Positions 61,504 through 64,000 of a stretch of 64,000 nucleotides of DNA are shown here, in pieces (position 1 is the first letter of the stretch; each line of letters begins with the position of its first letter). Made by a program: the position numbers and the translations under genes. Below the pieces are notes generated by a model. The model saw nothing but the letters and a program-made list of their open reading frames with translations, was not told the origin of the DNA and did not search any database. The stretch is from Dehalococcoidia bacterium (GTDB taxonomy: Bacteria; Chloroflexota; Dehalococcoidia; Plut-88900), in contig CBDFLQ010000006.1 of the NCBI GenBank assembly GCA_965249275.1, positions 864,001-928,000 on the forward strand, read 5' to 3'.

Positions 61504-62529
61504 TTGAGAGCGGTATCGATAGAGGAACACGGCGGCCCCGAGGTCCTGCAGGTCCACAAGGTGCCCAACCCGGAGATCGGGCCCCTGGAGGTCTTGATCA
61601 AAGTCTGGGCCTGCGGCGTCAACCACGTCGACCTCTATCTTCGACAGGGAATCATCGGCGCTACCATACCCCTGCCCGCGATCCCCGGCCGAGAGGTTGC
61701 CGGAGAGATCGTCGAAATGGGTGAGTTGGTCACCGACTTCTCCATCGGAGACAGGGTGACGGTCATCCCTCGCTTCCCCTGCGGCAACTGCGACCCGTGC
61801 CGCATCGGGGAGGAGGGCATGTGCCTCAAGGCGGCCAGCATCCCCGGCGGTTATGCCGAGCTCACCAAGGCTCCCGTCTCCAGCCTCATTCTTCTCCCGC
61901 CGGAGGTTTCCTACGACATGGGCGCCAGCGTCGCTCTCGCCTATCTCACGGCATGGCACATGCTGATCACCCGGGCCAAGGTGCGGAGTGGGGAGGACGT
62001 GCTCGTTCACGCGGCGGGCAGCGGAGTCGGCAGCGGGGCGATCCAGATAGCAAAGATGGCCGGGGCCCGCGTCTTGGCCACCGCATCCTCGGACATCAAG
62101 CTGGAGCGGGCCCGCCAGATCGGCGCCGACGAGACCATCAACTACTCCACTGAAGACTTCAGGGACTCCGTGATGGGCCTCACCGAGGGCCGCGGCGTAG
62201 ATATCGTAGTGGAGCACATTGGCACCGATACGTGGCAGAGCAGCATCGGGTGCCTGGCCTTCAATGGCCGGCTGGTGACCTCCGGGGCACACACCGGGGT
62301 TTACGGCAGGATCAACATCCAGGAGCTGTTCATCAAGCAGCTAACCATCATCGGGTCCTACCTGGGCTCGCGCCACGAGCTGGCCCAACTGCTCAAGGTA
62401 GTGGCCCAGGGCAAGGTCAAGCCTGCCATAGACAGCGTCTATCCCCTGGAGGGCGCCAAAGAGGCGCACCAGATGATGGAGGAGAGGCGCCAGTTCGGCA
62501 AGCTGCTGATCAAACCCTGGCTCCGATAG
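61504..62529 (+). CDS. Zinc-binding alcohol dehydrogenase / quinone oxidoreductase (MDR family)
   Basis: HGGPEVL, CGNCDPC..C structural zinc, AAGSGVG, QFGKLLI. Confidence 0.88.
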   Translation: MRAVSIEEHGGPEVLQVHKVPNPEIGPLEVLIKVWACGVNHVDLYLRQGIIGATIPLPAIPGREVAGEIVEMGELVTDFSIGDRVTVIPRFPCGNCDPCRIGEEGMCLKAASIPGGYAELTKAPVSSLILLPPEVSYDMGASVALAYLTAWHMLITRAKVRSGEDVLVHAAGSGVGSGAIQIAKMAGARVLATASSDIKLERARQIGADETINYSTEDFRDSVMGLTEGRGVDIVVEHIGTDTWQSSIGCLAFNGRLVTSGAHTGVYGRINIQELFIKQLTIIGSYLGSRHELAQLLKVVAQGKVKPAIDSVYPLEGAKEAHQMMEERRQFGKLLIKPWLR

Positions 62530-62661
62530 ACTTTCCCGTTTCGTTCCTCATTCGATCTCTCTATTAAGAGAGAGCCAGGATGATCCCCAGTCCCCACACC
62601 CCTTGAAACCATTATTGGTGAATGCGCATAGCGCATTCACCAATAACCTATAACTCTTCGG

Positions 62662-62697
62662 AAAGAACAACGGGCCGGCGCTGAGCGCCGGCCCATT
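62662..62697 (-). terminator. Intrinsic terminator after groEL
   Basis: GGGCCGGCGC/GCGCCGGCCC stem followed by GTTGTTCTTT on the - strand. Confidence 0.7.
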
Positions 62698-62732
62698 ATT
62701 ACTATTCGGTTGTGAATTGCCGTCCTGTTGGA

Positions 62733-63998
<1,266 letters not shown>

Positions 63999-64000
63999 CC

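Overview
This is a GC-rich bacterial chromosomal segment. Gene content suggests Chloroflexota, Dehalococcoidia/SAR202-like (inference): an 11-gene nuoABCDHIJKLMN cluster without nuoEFG, rpoBC detached from rplJL, split MetE and paralogous flavin monooxygenases. The left third (1-23.5 kb) is catabolic and accessory. It holds an M24 peptidase, sarcosine oxidase beta, a polyamine-type binding protein gene split by an intact IS1182, an amidase, a Rieske oxygenase, an amidohydrolase, GGT, FolD, an acyl-CoA dehydrogenase, TcuA, an ABC-2 exporter, two tandem Baeyer-Villiger monooxygenases, two tandem hicAB pairs and mmsA. The middle is housekeeping: nuo, tmk, pdxST, pyrD, rpoBC, DAHP synthase, ybeY-dnaX-ybaB-recR and recO. 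An accessory patch at 55.8-59.4 kb carries REP-like repeats, a DUF2513-like gene and a DNA methyltransferase-HNH fusion. The most notable observations are: (1) a ~484-nt multi-domain structured-RNA candidate (58798-59281) with its own sigma70-like promoter, divergent from the MTase-HNH gene; (2) a second ~300-nt structured candidate (6720-7012) sharing short motifs with it; (3) an aromatic-codon leader-peptide attenuator before DAHP synthase; (4) an unannotated 41-aa HxxxCxCxxC peptide before the ABC exporter; and (5) a REP-like element lying inside the ybeY ORF. All structures were read by eye and no folding or database search was run.
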